DNA of 54,344 nt, counting the filler, from Candidatus Zhuqueibacterota bacterium (GTDB lineage Bacteria; BS750m-G25): assembly GCA_016783505.1 (NCBI GenBank). It is 3 parts of 3 records of this genome, joined end to end, with 100 filler letters (N's around TTAATTAATTAA, not from the genome) between each part and the next. Parts side by side here need not be neighbours in the genome. Positions count along the whole stretch, not along the records: positions 18,400 to 36,559 come from JADHWK010000045.1; 2 more parts are not named here. The stretch is one strand, 5' to 3'. A program made the position numbers and the translations under genes. This document shows positions 19,480 to 29,246 of the stretch, piece by piece. The notes under the pieces are model-generated. The model was not told the DNA's origin, ran no database searches, and was given only the letters and a program-made list of their open reading frames with translations. The number at the start of each line of letters is the position of its first letter. Position 1 is the first letter of the stretch.

Positions 19480-20461
19480 TAGGAAAAGCCAGCCACTCCT
19501 GACCATTAAGGGGTTAAAAACAGAATTTAGGGTTCAAGACAATAAGGTGCTTCGAGCGGTTGACGGTATAGACCTGGCCATAAATTCTGGAGAGATACAC
19601 GGTTTGGTAGGAGAATCGGGATGTGGGAAAACGGTCGCCTCACTTTCCGTCTTGCGCTTGATCTCTCCTCCTGGTTACATTTCGGCAGGAGAAGTCTTGT
19701 GGAACGGTAATAATTTGTTGAGATTGAAAAAAGGGGAAATCAGAAAGATTCGGGGGAAAGAAATCGCCATGATTTTTCAGAATCCTCAAGGGTCTCTCAA
19801 CCCCCTATACACTATTGGTGAGCAAATAGCCTCCATCATACGTTTACACAAGAATATATCCAAGAGAGAGGCACGAGAAGAGGCATTAAGACTGCTTCAG
19901 GAGGTGAAGATTCCCGATCCTGAAAGCAGGGTGAACGACTATCCCCATCAATTGAGCGGGGGGATGTGCCAGAGGGTGATGATAGCCATGTCCCTATCCT
20001 GTCAGCCAAAACTACTTATAGCGGATGAGCCAACTGCAGCCCTGGACGTGACCATTCAGGCCCAAATTCTTGACTTGCTTCTGGAGCTTCGTGGGAGGTT
20101 TCAGATGGCCATGTTATTGATCTCTCATGATATGGGAGTGGTGGCCAGAATGTGCGACCGGATATCAGTCATGTATCTAGGGAAAATCGTGGAAGAATCG
20201 GATGCTGAAGGGCTTTACTCGAATCCAAAGCATCCATATACTCAGGCGCTTTTGAAGGCTGTTCCGATCCCGAATCCCAGTGAGAAGGCGGCGTTTTCTT
20301 TACTGAAAGGAGACCTGCCCAGTTCTATTGATATACCTTCCGGCTGCAGGTTCAGGACTCGGTGCCCCAAGGTTTTTGATCGATGCATCCATGAGCCTGA
20401 ATTGGAGTCTGTTGATCAAAATGGCACCATGGTTGCATGTTGGCTCTATGAAAAAGAATAG
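19463..20461 (+). CDS. oppD: Oligopeptide/dipeptide ABC transporter ATPase (OppD/DppD)
   Basis: GESGCGKT, YPHQLSGG, ADEPT, HPYT and PSGCRFRTRC motifs. Confidence 0.93.
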   Translation: MKDEINRKSQPLLTIKGLKTEFRVQDNKVLRAVDGIDLAINSGEIHGLVGESGCGKTVASLSVLRLISPPGYISAGEVLWNGNNLLRLKKGEIRKIRGKEIAMIFQNPQGSLNPLYTIGEQIASIIRLHKNISKREAREEALRLLQEVKIPDPESRVNDYPHQLSGGMCQRVMIAMSLSCQPKLLIADEPTAALDVTIQAQILDLLLELRGRFQMAMLLISHDMGVVARMCDRISVMYLGKIVEESDAEGLYSNPKHPYTQALLKAVPIPNPSEKAAFSLLKGDLPSSIDIPSGCRFRTRCPKVFDRCIHEPELESVDQNGTMVACWLYEKE

Positions 20462-20468
20462 TGGACAT

Positions 20469-21596
20469 ATGGAACCTATTGAATTGTGGTATGGCCTCAT
20501 AAACTCAATGATGATGGAACAGGGATTGTTCAGAGACCTAAAGGCTGTCTATGAAAAGAATTCTCCTTTTATCGCAGAAATAATTATGAACAGCTTCTGT
20601 CCCAGCAAGTGCCAGCACTGTATTTATGCTCCAGACTTTCATCTTTACAATAAAAATCTGACCCAGGATGAATGGAAAGAAGCCTTCAGGGTCATTCATG
20701 ACGAATTGGGATTGAATAGATTTATATTTGATGGAAGAGCGTTTACAGAGCAATGTATTCGGGCGATAGAATATTTAAAGGAAAACTTCGGAGATGTGAA
20801 AGTCGGACTGATCACTGATGGCATTTCCATTGGACCATTCGTAGAAAGACTCATCGATTTCCCGCCCGATTGGCTTGATGTCTCGGTGGACGGGCTTGAA
20901 AAAGAACATGATCTCCAAAGAAATCATATAGGTGCCTTTAGAAAGACATTTGATGTTTTAATTCAGCTTAAAGACTCTAATCGCTTTGATAAGATTAACA
21001 TCTTGAGCTGTTTGACTACCTTAAATATTGGCTCAATCTTGGAAATGATAAGATTTTTGAATGCCAAAGGCTTTAAAAATTTTTTTATAACACCGGTGAG
21101 CGTTTTAAAGGGATATCGCCCTGACCCAGACCTTCAACCGCAGAGGGAAGAATTTGTCAACTTCCTCGATGAATTTCTGATAACGTCAAATACTTTGTTC
21201 GACACATGGCTCGAAGTTGACATTTATGAGGCCATATACGCCAATACCATCAGACAGCTAAGGCCCCAACTTTTCAATGAGTTCATGATGGAAAATGACC
21301 ATCTTGAACTTGTGAAAGCGCACGGAAATAATGAGGTTCATATCTCCTATTACCCATTGTCCCTAACAGGTGTTCGAGAGTTCATTGTAAATTCCGATGG
21401 AAATATTATCCCACCAAAGGTCGTGGCAATGGGAAAAATACCCAGGGAGTTTGTTTTTGGGAATTTATTGGAACTTGGAGGAAAAGAAGAGAAATTCGAT
21501 CAGTTAATGTCCAGCCAGGCCTTTTCCTTCTACATGTCAGAGTTATTGAGTGAGAAAGCCTTGCTGGGACGAGATAATGGGGGAATACCAGGATGA
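20469..21596 (+). CDS. Radical SAM protein, peptide-maturase-like, lacking SPASM/twitch cysteines
   Basis: CPSKCQHC; SVDG..HDLQR..GAF; start placed at the Met just after the oppD stop. Confidence 0.85.
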   Translation: MEPIELWYGLINSMMMEQGLFRDLKAVYEKNSPFIAEIIMNSFCPSKCQHCIYAPDFHLYNKNLTQDEWKEAFRVIHDELGLNRFIFDGRAFTEQCIRAIEYLKENFGDVKVGLITDGISIGPFVERLIDFPPDWLDVSVDGLEKEHDLQRNHIGAFRKTFDVLIQLKDSNRFDKINILSCLTTLNIGSILEMIRFLNAKGFKNFFITPVSVLKGYRPDPDLQPQREEFVNFLDEFLITSNTLFDTWLEVDIYEAIYANTIRQLRPQLFNEFMMENDHLELVKAHGNNEVHISYYPLSLTGVREFIVNSDGNIIPPKVVAMGKIPREFVFGNLLELGGKEEKFDQLMSSQAFSFYMSELLSEKALLGRDNGGIPG

Positions 21597-21867
21597 AAAC
21601 AATAAGCATAGGAGAATATCCTTCGATCGCCAAGTTCTTATTAGAAAAGCTGGCACAGGACTCTCTTTTGATGCTTACGAAGAGGACAATGATATGCAAG
21701 AAGAATTAATGGAATATTTCAGAGACGCTATTGATCAACAAACAGAAATAATAACACGATATTACGGAAACCTTGATAACACGAAATTGCTGCTCCAGGA
21801 ATCCGTAGTGGGAAGATCCGGACCACATCTGCAGAAGCCGGCCAAACTCATATTGAAGCGTCTTTAA
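21577..21867 (+). CDS. Hypothetical ~96-aa protein coupled to the radical SAM gene
   Basis: Overlaps the radical SAM stop; no recognised motif. Confidence 0.55.
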   Translation: MGEYQDENNKHRRISFDRQVLIRKAGTGLSFDAYEEDNDMQEELMEYFRDAIDQQTEIITRYYGNLDNTKLLLQESVVGRSGPHLQKPAKLILKRL

Positions 21868-21894
21868 AGCTATGGAATCATGAAGGAGGGAAAG

Positions 21895-21996
21895 ATGGTT
21901 AGAAATTTTGCAACAAACATTGGAAGCAACGGAAAGGGAAAGCCGTTCAAGGAGGGCACCGAACCCCCAAAAACAAAAGGTGGAGGCCTGCGATGA
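21895..21996 (+). CDS. 33-aa peptide (not in ORF track)
   Basis: Strong RBS AAGGAGG; MVRNFATNIGSNGKGKPFKEGTEPPKTKGGGLR; ATGA overlap with the next gene. Confidence 0.5.
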   Translation: MVRNFATNIGSNGKGKPFKEGTEPPKTKGGGLR

Positions 21997-23669
21997 AAAT
22001 AGCAGACGGTATCACGAATCGCACTGAAAGTTCAATGGGGAGCACCATGCTAAATCAAGAACTTGGTTGCTTAAGAAAAACAGGTAGGCTACTTACGGGA
22101 CTGTTCATTGCGGTTTTGATTTGTGCCTTCCTGCCTCCCGCGGCACAAGCCATGAGACTGGTTTTTGGTTTGGATACAGCTCCTGAAAGGTTAATTCCCA
22201 TCAAAATCAAGAATCCGCAGACCTTTCCGGTCAGCATGCAGATATTCCAGGGGCTGTGCGATTTGGATGAGAAGGGGAGTGTTATCCCTTGTATTGCCGA
22301 AAGCTGGGACACAAAAGATTACAAGACCTGGCGCTTTCACATCAGAAGGGGAGTTTTCTTTCAAAAATCTCCGATCTTTCAGAATGGGACAAGGGAAGTT
22401 ACAGCCGAAGATGTCTTGTACTGCCTCACTCGGTTCTGTTCAGCATCCTCTTACAATGCATTCTTGTTGATTGATTCGGTAATAGGCGCTGCTGAATACA
22501 ATCAAGGCAAGGCAGAAAAAGTAAAGGGGTTGAGTTTGCTCGACAAATATACCATTCAGATAGACTTGCTTCGGCCGGAGCTGTTTTTCATCAACCGTCT
22601 TAGCACAGCCCTGGTTTCTGTTTTTCCAAGGGAAGTAGACAAAAAGGAATACGGGGAAAAAGTCGGGCTATCTTTGGTGGTGGGCACAGGCCCCTATGTA
22701 CTTCAATCAAGGACAGAAACAGAGGTGGTCCTCAAAAGAAATGACAATTATTGGAACACTGCAACCCAACCTCATTTTGATGAGATCACCTTTCGAGTGA
22801 TAAGAAATGATCAGATGCGCCTGGTTAATCTGCAAAGGGGAAACATCGATCTGATGGTCCTGCCGAGTAGTCTGTTTCCATCGGTTTTCAATAGGAACGG
22901 GACGTTGAGGGAATATATAAGCAAAAAATTCCAAATGAAGATTGCTGCCACTTTCAATACCCATTTCCTCGGGATTAACAACACAGCGATTCCTGATGTG
23001 AACCTTAGGCGGGCGATGTTCTGGGGGACGAATAGAAAAGAGATAATTGACACCATCCTTTATGGATATGCGGACCTGACTGGCGGCCCGGTGCCCCCTG
23101 GAATAGATGGATACAAATCACCCTTTACGGATAGTTTATTCGACCCTGATAAGGCAAAAGCCTATTTGAAGAGAAGTAATTACAGAGGAGAGCCTTTAGA
23201 ATTGCTCCTCTATGATATCGCAAATAGCGAACAAGTTGGGCAGATATTTCAGGCCCAGATGGCCAATGTTGGGATTCAAGTCGTGTTAAAAAAGCTGGAT
23301 TTTAACAGCGTCATTAACCGTATGGTAAAAGGGGAGTGTCAGCTTTTCAGCATGTTTGCCGAATATGTATTCTCTTCCCCACAGCCAATCCTGATCAATC
23401 TTTTTTCATCTTCCAAGATCCCCGTCCCTAATGTTTTTCACTTTTCAAACAGCGCGGTGGATGCCATGTTGAATTCCCTTTACACGATTACAAATGAAAA
23501 GGAGTCGGTAAGGGAATGTTCCCGGATTGTGGATAGGATTATGCAAGGCGTGCCGGGCGTTTTTCTTTACAGGCAAAAGTATGTTATTCTCTACCCTAAG
23601 GAAATGACTGGCCTCGAAGTCAGTGGAAATAATCATTATTTTCTCGAAAAGATGAAGATTGGGCGATGA
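21993..23669 (+). CDS. Peptide ABC transporter substrate-binding protein (family 5, OppA/DppA)
   Basis: IAESW, VTAEDV, GTGPY, RNDNYW and NLRRAM motifs; signal peptide; start may be downstream. Confidence 0.9.
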   Translation: MKIADGITNRTESSMGSTMLNQELGCLRKTGRLLTGLFIAVLICAFLPPAAQAMRLVFGLDTAPERLIPIKIKNPQTFPVSMQIFQGLCDLDEKGSVIPCIAESWDTKDYKTWRFHIRRGVFFQKSPIFQNGTREVTAEDVLYCLTRFCSASSYNAFLLIDSVIGAAEYNQGKAEKVKGLSLLDKYTIQIDLLRPELFFINRLSTALVSVFPREVDKKEYGEKVGLSLVVGTGPYVLQSRTETEVVLKRNDNYWNTATQPHFDEITFRVIRNDQMRLVNLQRGNIDLMVLPSSLFPSVFNRNGTLREYISKKFQMKIAATFNTHFLGINNTAIPDVNLRRAMFWGTNRKEIIDTILYGYADLTGGPVPPGIDGYKSPFTDSLFDPDKAKAYLKRSNYRGEPLELLLYDIANSEQVGQIFQAQMANVGIQVVLKKLDFNSVINRMVKGECQLFSMFAEYVFSSPQPILINLFSSSKIPVPNVFHFSNSAVDAMLNSLYTITNEKESVRECSRIVDRIMQGVPGVFLYRQKYVILYPKEMTGLEVSGNNHYFLEKMKIGR

Positions 23670-24598
23670 TATCCTATTTGGTGATGCGGTTTGGTTACTA
23701 CCTCTCCATATTCCTGGGGATCATTGTTTTTTCTTTTCTCCTCTTCCATGTCATACCGTCTGATCCTGCAAGAACCATTTTGGGGCCCAACGCTGATCAA
23801 GCACAGGTTGAACAACTGCGTGAGAAACTGGGGCTTAATGAACCCCTTTATCGCCGGCTGGGTTACTATTTAGTAAATGTGGCTACCCTTAAATTTGGCC
23901 ATTCTTATGTTGACGGCAGAGATGTCTTTATTGAGATTGGCAGGAGATTTAAGGTCACATTGTCTCTGATCACGGTTTCCATGGTAATCGTTTTTGGGTA
24001 TCTGGCTGTTACAATCCTGACATTTCGTTTCTCTTCACTTCAAAGATGGTCCCATGCCATTGATTTCTTGATTTCATCCCTGCCCGTGTTTTTTAGCGGA
24101 ATTATCGGCGCGATATTTGTTCTCTATTTCTATCCGGTCACCTCCTTTTCGGGCAATCTGAACTCAGTAAACGATCTTATTTTTCTAATTCCTCCTGCGC
24201 TGGTTCTTGCCTTTTATCCTATGTCCATTCTGTCGGGGATATTGAAAGAGGAAATGTCTTTTGTCCTGCAGTCCCTCTACATAACAGCGGAGAAATCCTG
24301 GGGGTTTTCAGACATTACGATATTGTTCAAATATGCTTTGAAAAACTCGCTAATTCCCATATTGTCCGCTCTATCAAATATATTGCCAATGCTTCTGACA
24401 GGCGCTTTTATTGTAGAGATCATCTTCTCTGTTCCGGGCATAGGAAGTATTCTGGTAAAGTCAATTCTTGAGCAAGACTTCCCCATGCTCGAATGTACAG
24501 TCATCGTCAATGGGGCCTTTTTTGTGCTCGTAAACCTCGGATTTGAGTATCTGTATCCGCTGCTGGATCCCCGAACAGTTAGAGGAAATAAAATATGA
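23666..24598 (+). CDS. Peptide ABC permease (OppB/DppB)
   Basis: PSDPARTILG..LGLNEP; IVEIIFSVPGIG; YPLLDPR. Confidence 0.9.
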   Translation: MISYLVMRFGYYLSIFLGIIVFSFLLFHVIPSDPARTILGPNADQAQVEQLREKLGLNEPLYRRLGYYLVNVATLKFGHSYVDGRDVFIEIGRRFKVTLSLITVSMVIVFGYLAVTILTFRFSSLQRWSHAIDFLISSLPVFFSGIIGAIFVLYFYPVTSFSGNLNSVNDLIFLIPPALVLAFYPMSILSGILKEEMSFVLQSLYITAEKSWGFSDITILFKYALKNSLIPILSALSNILPMLLTGAFIVEIIFSVPGIGSILVKSILEQDFPMLECTVIVNGAFFVLVNLGFEYLYPLLDPRTVRGNKI

Positions 24599-25410
24599 AT
24601 CGGCAGAGGGGCATCCTCTATTTAATGATCTTTATGGGTATGCTCTGGATTGGAGGGGTCGTTTGTTCTAAGTTTGCACCACATAATCCCTTGGAGATTC
24701 TTCTGTCGGAAAGGCTGACTCCGCCTAATAAAACCTATCTCTGCGGGACGGATGAACTTGGTCGTGATATCTTCAGCAGAATTCTGGTCGGCTTTTCAAA
24801 TACCATGAATGTCTCCATTATGACCCTATTCTCTTCCTTTTTCATAGGGGTATTAATCGGGCCACTTGCCGGTTTTTTTTACAACACGGTCATTGACAGG
24901 CTTTTCAACTGGGTCGCAGCCATGCTCTTTTCCTTACCTTTCTTACTAATCATTACGGCGTTGATGAGTTTGCTGGAAAAGAACCTATTTAACGCGTATG
25001 CAGTGATGACCGCCATTATTTGGGTCAGCCCTGCGCGAATCGTAAGAGCAGGCGTGATTAAAGCAAAATCCGCTACCTTTGTTGTGGCAGAGCGAGCCAT
25101 GGGGAAATCTGAATCCACGATTCTCTTTCGGTCTCTCATACCGATGAGCATCCGACCGGCCTTTATTTTCTCATTCAAGTATTTTCCGGAAATTATAGGC
25201 ATGGAGGCGGGACTTTCATTTCTGGGATTGGGTGTTCAGCCGCCCCACCCAGGCCTGGGCAAAATGATTTTTGACAGTCTAAATTATCTTTATTCAGGCT
25301 GGTGGTATGCATTCTTCCCCGCCTTTTTTCTCTTTGTGATAGTCTTTTTGAGCAATATGGTTTACCGCTGGGTTTCTGGAAGAGCAGCGTACACACGCCA
25401 GGAGGTCTAA
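24595..25410 (+). CDS. Peptide ABC permease (OppC/DppC)
   Basis: GTDELGRDIFSR; EAGLSFLGLGVQPP. Confidence 0.92.
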   Translation: MNRQRGILYLMIFMGMLWIGGVVCSKFAPHNPLEILLSERLTPPNKTYLCGTDELGRDIFSRILVGFSNTMNVSIMTLFSSFFIGVLIGPLAGFFYNTVIDRLFNWVAAMLFSLPFLLIITALMSLLEKNLFNAYAVMTAIIWVSPARIVRAGVIKAKSATFVVAERAMGKSESTILFRSLIPMSIRPAFIFSFKYFPEIIGMEAGLSFLGLGVQPPHPGLGKMIFDSLNYLYSGWWYAFFPAFFLFVIVFLSNMVYRWVSGRAAYTRQEV

Positions 25411-25414
25411 TCCA

Positions 25415-28009
25415 ATGGCAGAATTCTATAATAAATTTTATCGAGAGGAATTCTATGTATTAAGCGACCGTTTACCGAATAAGTTGGCCAAAGACCAATC
25501 ACTTTTCCTAAACACCTTCGATTATCGCAATCGATGTGTAAACTTCAATGCTATTTCACCGGATAAGAGACGGTTCGAAGATGGGATATTTAATGATGGA
25601 TTCATGGAGTTCTGCAAAAAATGGAGCCATTTTGATCACTTTAAGAAGCAGATTAGAGAATTCTATAGAAAAAAAGGTGATAGCTATATCAGTATACTCG
25701 ATGAATTCACATCGAAAGGACAAGCAAACGAGAGTGAAAAAATTAATTTACACTATCACTTAGTTGAACTTTATCACTCCTTTCCAAGTAATCCCGAAAT
25801 GTACCTCGATGGAATACTGAGAAAACTGTCAACTCAATTAGCCAAGAGAAATATTAGATTTAGGTATGCAACCATAGATCTTGTTGAAAAAGAAAAATGT
25901 GACTTCAAAGATTTTCCATGGGTTAAAATGACGTTTTTTGATCCGAATGAACCCAGCGGGGTCATTAAAATAAAAATTGATTCCGAGCGTGAATCCGAGC
26001 CTGGAATAGAAGAGATACTGGCAAGCCAGGAGACTCTCGATATCTTAGAAAATTGCCCACCCCCGAAAGAAACCGAACCGATGAATTCGCGACCCACTAC
26101 CAATACTGATGAACGGTTTAAGCCTCATATCTTGCATAACTACCTTTATCCTCTCTTTTCTAAGAAAAAGAAAGACTTCATTGGAGGTGATTGGTATATT
26201 GACGAACCTCCTAAATCGTTTTTGGTAATGCCTATCTATTCAGCCGATTTTCATGATGGTGATTTTGGCACGATTATTGGCTACTTCTTTTTGCCTTTCA
26301 CATCCAAACAAGATAGAGGAAAATTCTTGAAGAATCACAAAAATGAATTAGATAAGTTATGGCAAACATGGACAACCTTGACACTGCAAACCTTGCTCGA
26401 AGGGAAAAAGCACTTAATCTCAGACCACGATCTCCGGCACGATGATAGTCTTAAAGATTTTCTGGATAGCATAGCTTTTGTGCAGGACTGGGAAAGAGTG
26501 TTGGTTTTCGGCAAGGAAGAAGCGACCGAGCCAGAATACTGCTTTAAAAGATTTAAGGGAGGGAAGGATGGCAAATGGTTGTCCTACGAAGAAGTTTGGG
26601 ATATTTGTAGAAATGGCAAAAAGGGAAAGTGTAATGGATGCATTAAAGGGTTTGGCAACAAATCGGTGAAAGACCTTTTTATGTCAAGTGGAAGAGACCC
26701 CTCACCTAAAAAAATCTATAAGGACTCAACAAATGATAAGTGGTTTTTCTTCCTGTATATGGACCATATTCTTGATCCAAGAGTTTTGCCATCTATCGAA
26801 GAGGCAGATAAGGCAAGATATTCAAATCACATCATTTGTTTTGAGTTTCCAGAATATACCTTCTTCCCCACGGAAATCTGGGAAAATGAGGAAGAGGCAG
26901 TGGAAGAGCTTGGCGATCACTATGTCAAAAAACTCCTTCCGAGTTTTGATAAAGTGATCTTGAAAAGAAGGGTTTTGAAACACAGTATAAAATCCGCAGT
27001 AGCTGCCATTATGAGCCGAAACATGTCTCATAATATTGGGAGCCACATACTTGCCAGGATCAAACTCGAAGAAATTTCTTGGAAGGTTAAGGATGCTCTG
27101 AAGAGAGTCAACGATGATAGGATAACGGATATATGCAACTTGCTCTTTGAGGAATTCCACCAGTATATCCAGAAAAAGAGCGACTTTCTTGCCGAGATCT
27201 CAACAGAACCATATATCTCACCCCGTTCGGCCTTCTTTTATAAGGACGTAATCCTGCCCCTAACAGAGAAGATCCTCCTATTGGACTATATTGCCAGAAA
27301 CGATGGGATAAGGTACGAGCAATTGTCTATAAGGTTTTTTTCAAAGTCCAGGTCAAGAGGCTGCTGTTGTGAATTAGCGCCTGTAAAATACGAAGGAAAA
27401 GAGTGTTCCGAGAATGATAATAAGCCGAAGAAAGTGCCTTTTCATAAGGTATGCCTAGATTGCGCTGCTGAAGAAGGTTACGCAGTTGATGATGTGCGAT
27501 ATTATGTAAATGGTGTTAAGAATTCCAATTATGATGTAATGCTTGATCTACCTGGGAGCGTGGGTGAGTTTGCAATTTATAATATCCTTGAGGCTATCAT
27601 CCGAAATTCTGCAAAGCATAATAGCTCAAAGATAGATAATGGTACTAAGCTTGAGATATCAATCAAGGTGGAAGAAGATGAGGACCCCGCCCTTTACATC
27701 TGCACCGTCTGGGACAATCTCAGCGATGAAGACCTAATAAATAAGATGAATGGGTATATTGAAGAGACAATTGTGGATCAGAAGACTGGAAAGCTAAGGC
27801 CCCAGAACTGGGGTATTGCCGAGATGAAGATCTGTGCCGTACTCTTGCAGGACAGATCCTTCGAGGAGATGGAGAGTGATCCAAGGCGATTTCTTGAGGC
27901 TGTGCAAGTTAGCGGTAACAGGCTTGGATACCGTTTCAAGATCCTGCGGGCAAGGCGGAGCTTGCTCTTGTTAGAAAATACATGGGATAAGCTCTGTAAT
28001 GGAGGTTAA
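25415..28009 (+). CDS. Atypical soluble histidine-kinase-like protein
   Basis: H-box-like AAIMSRNMSHNIGSH; N-box ILEAIIRNSAKH; degenerate G1 (WDN) and G2 (NWGIAEMK); no TM. Confidence 0.7.
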   Translation: MAEFYNKFYREEFYVLSDRLPNKLAKDQSLFLNTFDYRNRCVNFNAISPDKRRFEDGIFNDGFMEFCKKWSHFDHFKKQIREFYRKKGDSYISILDEFTSKGQANESEKINLHYHLVELYHSFPSNPEMYLDGILRKLSTQLAKRNIRFRYATIDLVEKEKCDFKDFPWVKMTFFDPNEPSGVIKIKIDSERESEPGIEEILASQETLDILENCPPPKETEPMNSRPTTNTDERFKPHILHNYLYPLFSKKKKDFIGGDWYIDEPPKSFLVMPIYSADFHDGDFGTIIGYFFLPFTSKQDRGKFLKNHKNELDKLWQTWTTLTLQTLLEGKKHLISDHDLRHDDSLKDFLDSIAFVQDWERVLVFGKEEATEPEYCFKRFKGGKDGKWLSYEEVWDICRNGKKGKCNGCIKGFGNKSVKDLFMSSGRDPSPKKIYKDSTNDKWFFFLYMDHILDPRVLPSIEEADKARYSNHIICFEFPEYTFFPTEIWENEEEAVEELGDHYVKKLLPSFDKVILKRRVLKHSIKSAVAAIMSRNMSHNIGSHILARIKLEEISWKVKDALKRVNDDRITDICNLLFEEFHQYIQKKSDFLAEISTEPYISPRSAFFYKDVILPLTEKILLLDYIARNDGIRYEQLSIRFFSKSRSRGCCCELAPVKYEGKECSENDNKPKKVPFHKVCLDCAAEEGYAVDDVRYYVNGVKNSNYDVMLDLPGSVGEFAIYNILEAIIRNSAKHNSSKIDNGTKLEISIKVEEDEDPALYICTVWDNLSDEDLINKMNGYIEETIVDQKTGKLRPQNWGIAEMKICAVLLQDRSFEEMESDPRRFLEAVQVSGNRLGYRFKILRARRSLLLLENTWDKLCNGG

Positions 28010-29246
28010 GATGAACGGGGTTGAATGGGAAAGGCTTGGATGTTTTCATAAGGAGGATATTGGTGGAGCCGTTGTATCTTTTGGAGGGTATATCCCTTTT
28101 GAACTTGTTATATTTGATACGACCTCTCTTGATCATAGTGCGGTTGAAAAGTTTGCCATTGAAGTGAAAGAAAACCTCCCCTACATGGGGAACAGAATAC
28201 TGATCCTTATAAGGAATAGCGAAATTCCTGCCTCTCTGAATGGTCTGGAAAGGACCTGTGCCATCTGTTGTAAGGACGATGTCTGCAAATCCCTTAATTC
28301 TAAACCACCGGAGCTATGGCCTGGGATACTCCACTACATGTGGTTAAAGGGGATCTCAGGAAGGTCGGACTGGAAAGTCCATATCAACCTGGATGTATGG
28401 GAAAAGGATCGTTTGACTGACCAATGGAAAAACATAGAAAGCAACATCTCCAAATTCCTACCTGGAATTTCTTTGACTGCCCTTCATAAGAAAAGGGAGC
28501 ATGACAAATCAAATGAATCAAATGGAAATAACCCAGACCTCCAAGATCACAGTATCGTATTCGATAGGCACGCTGTATTTTGGTATTCCATGGAATCCTC
28601 CCTTAAGGATTTATCTTTCAAGGGGCACTACGAGGAATGGGGCATAAATTCTCCTTTATATCTTAGCCTATTTAACCCGCCGGAATCTGTGGTTGCTCAA
28701 ATAGACCTTGTTGTAGGTCTCCTTGAGACCTCCTTTTTCAAGATCCTGGTGGTGGATGAACGGATTGGAGAAAAGGCCCTTGACTCTACGTCAGCGAATA
28801 TGGAAAGGTTCAAAATGCTTGCCAATATGGGAGTTTTTATTGTAACCCATGTTGGCGATACCCCCGTTGGCAAAGATATTTCCGAACAGGCATTCAGTCT
28901 CACAATACATAATAATACATTGTCTCTTATGCGGAACGGAAAAGAGTACAAACAGTTCCATTTTCTGGTTATTCACCAAGGAGTCATAGAAAACGAAGAG
29001 GTAAGGGCATTTCTTGAGAAAGGCTTGGGTTTGGATAAGAATTGCTCTCCTGAAGATCTTGTAAGAAAAATATCTCATTATGTTCCGTTTGTGGTAATTG
29101 ACTCCGGGAGGGGTATACCGGCAAATATGCCCCAGAATGCCAAATTCCTCACCTTTTCTGCCCTGCAGGATATGATTCTCAGGAAAAACCCCGCCAAATA
29201 TCAATTAATCCAAATACTTTTAAGACTTACCAGGAGGAAACGATGA
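27999..29246 (+). CDS. Pseudo-receiver-domain protein
   Basis: C-terminal KILVVDER..FLVIHQG..VVIDSGRG, a receiver-like beta1/beta3/beta4 pattern with His at the phospho-Asp position. Confidence 0.55.
   Translation: MEVKMNGVEWERLGCFHKEDIGGAVVSFGGYIPFELVIFDTTSLDHSAVEKFAIEVKENLPYMGNRILILIRNSEIPASLNGLERTCAICCKDDVCKSLNSKPPELWPGILHYMWLKGISGRSDWKVHINLDVWEKDRLTDQWKNIESNISKFLPGISLTALHKKREHDKSNESNGNNPDLQDHSIVFDRHAVFWYSMESSLKDLSFKGHYEEWGINSPLYLSLFNPPESVVAQIDLVVGLLETSFFKILVVDERIGEKALDSTSANMERFKMLANMGVFIVTHVGDTPVGKDISEQAFSLTIHNNTLSLMRNGKEYKQFHFLVIHQGVIENEEVRAFLEKGLGLDKNCSPEDLVRKISHYVPFVVIDSGRGIPANMPQNAKFLTFSALQDMILRKNPAKYQLIQILLRLTRRKR

Noticed and set aside
20328-20468. Extended N-terminus of the radical SAM ORF
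   Set aside because: Overlaps the conserved oppD C-terminus; Met at 20469 fits better
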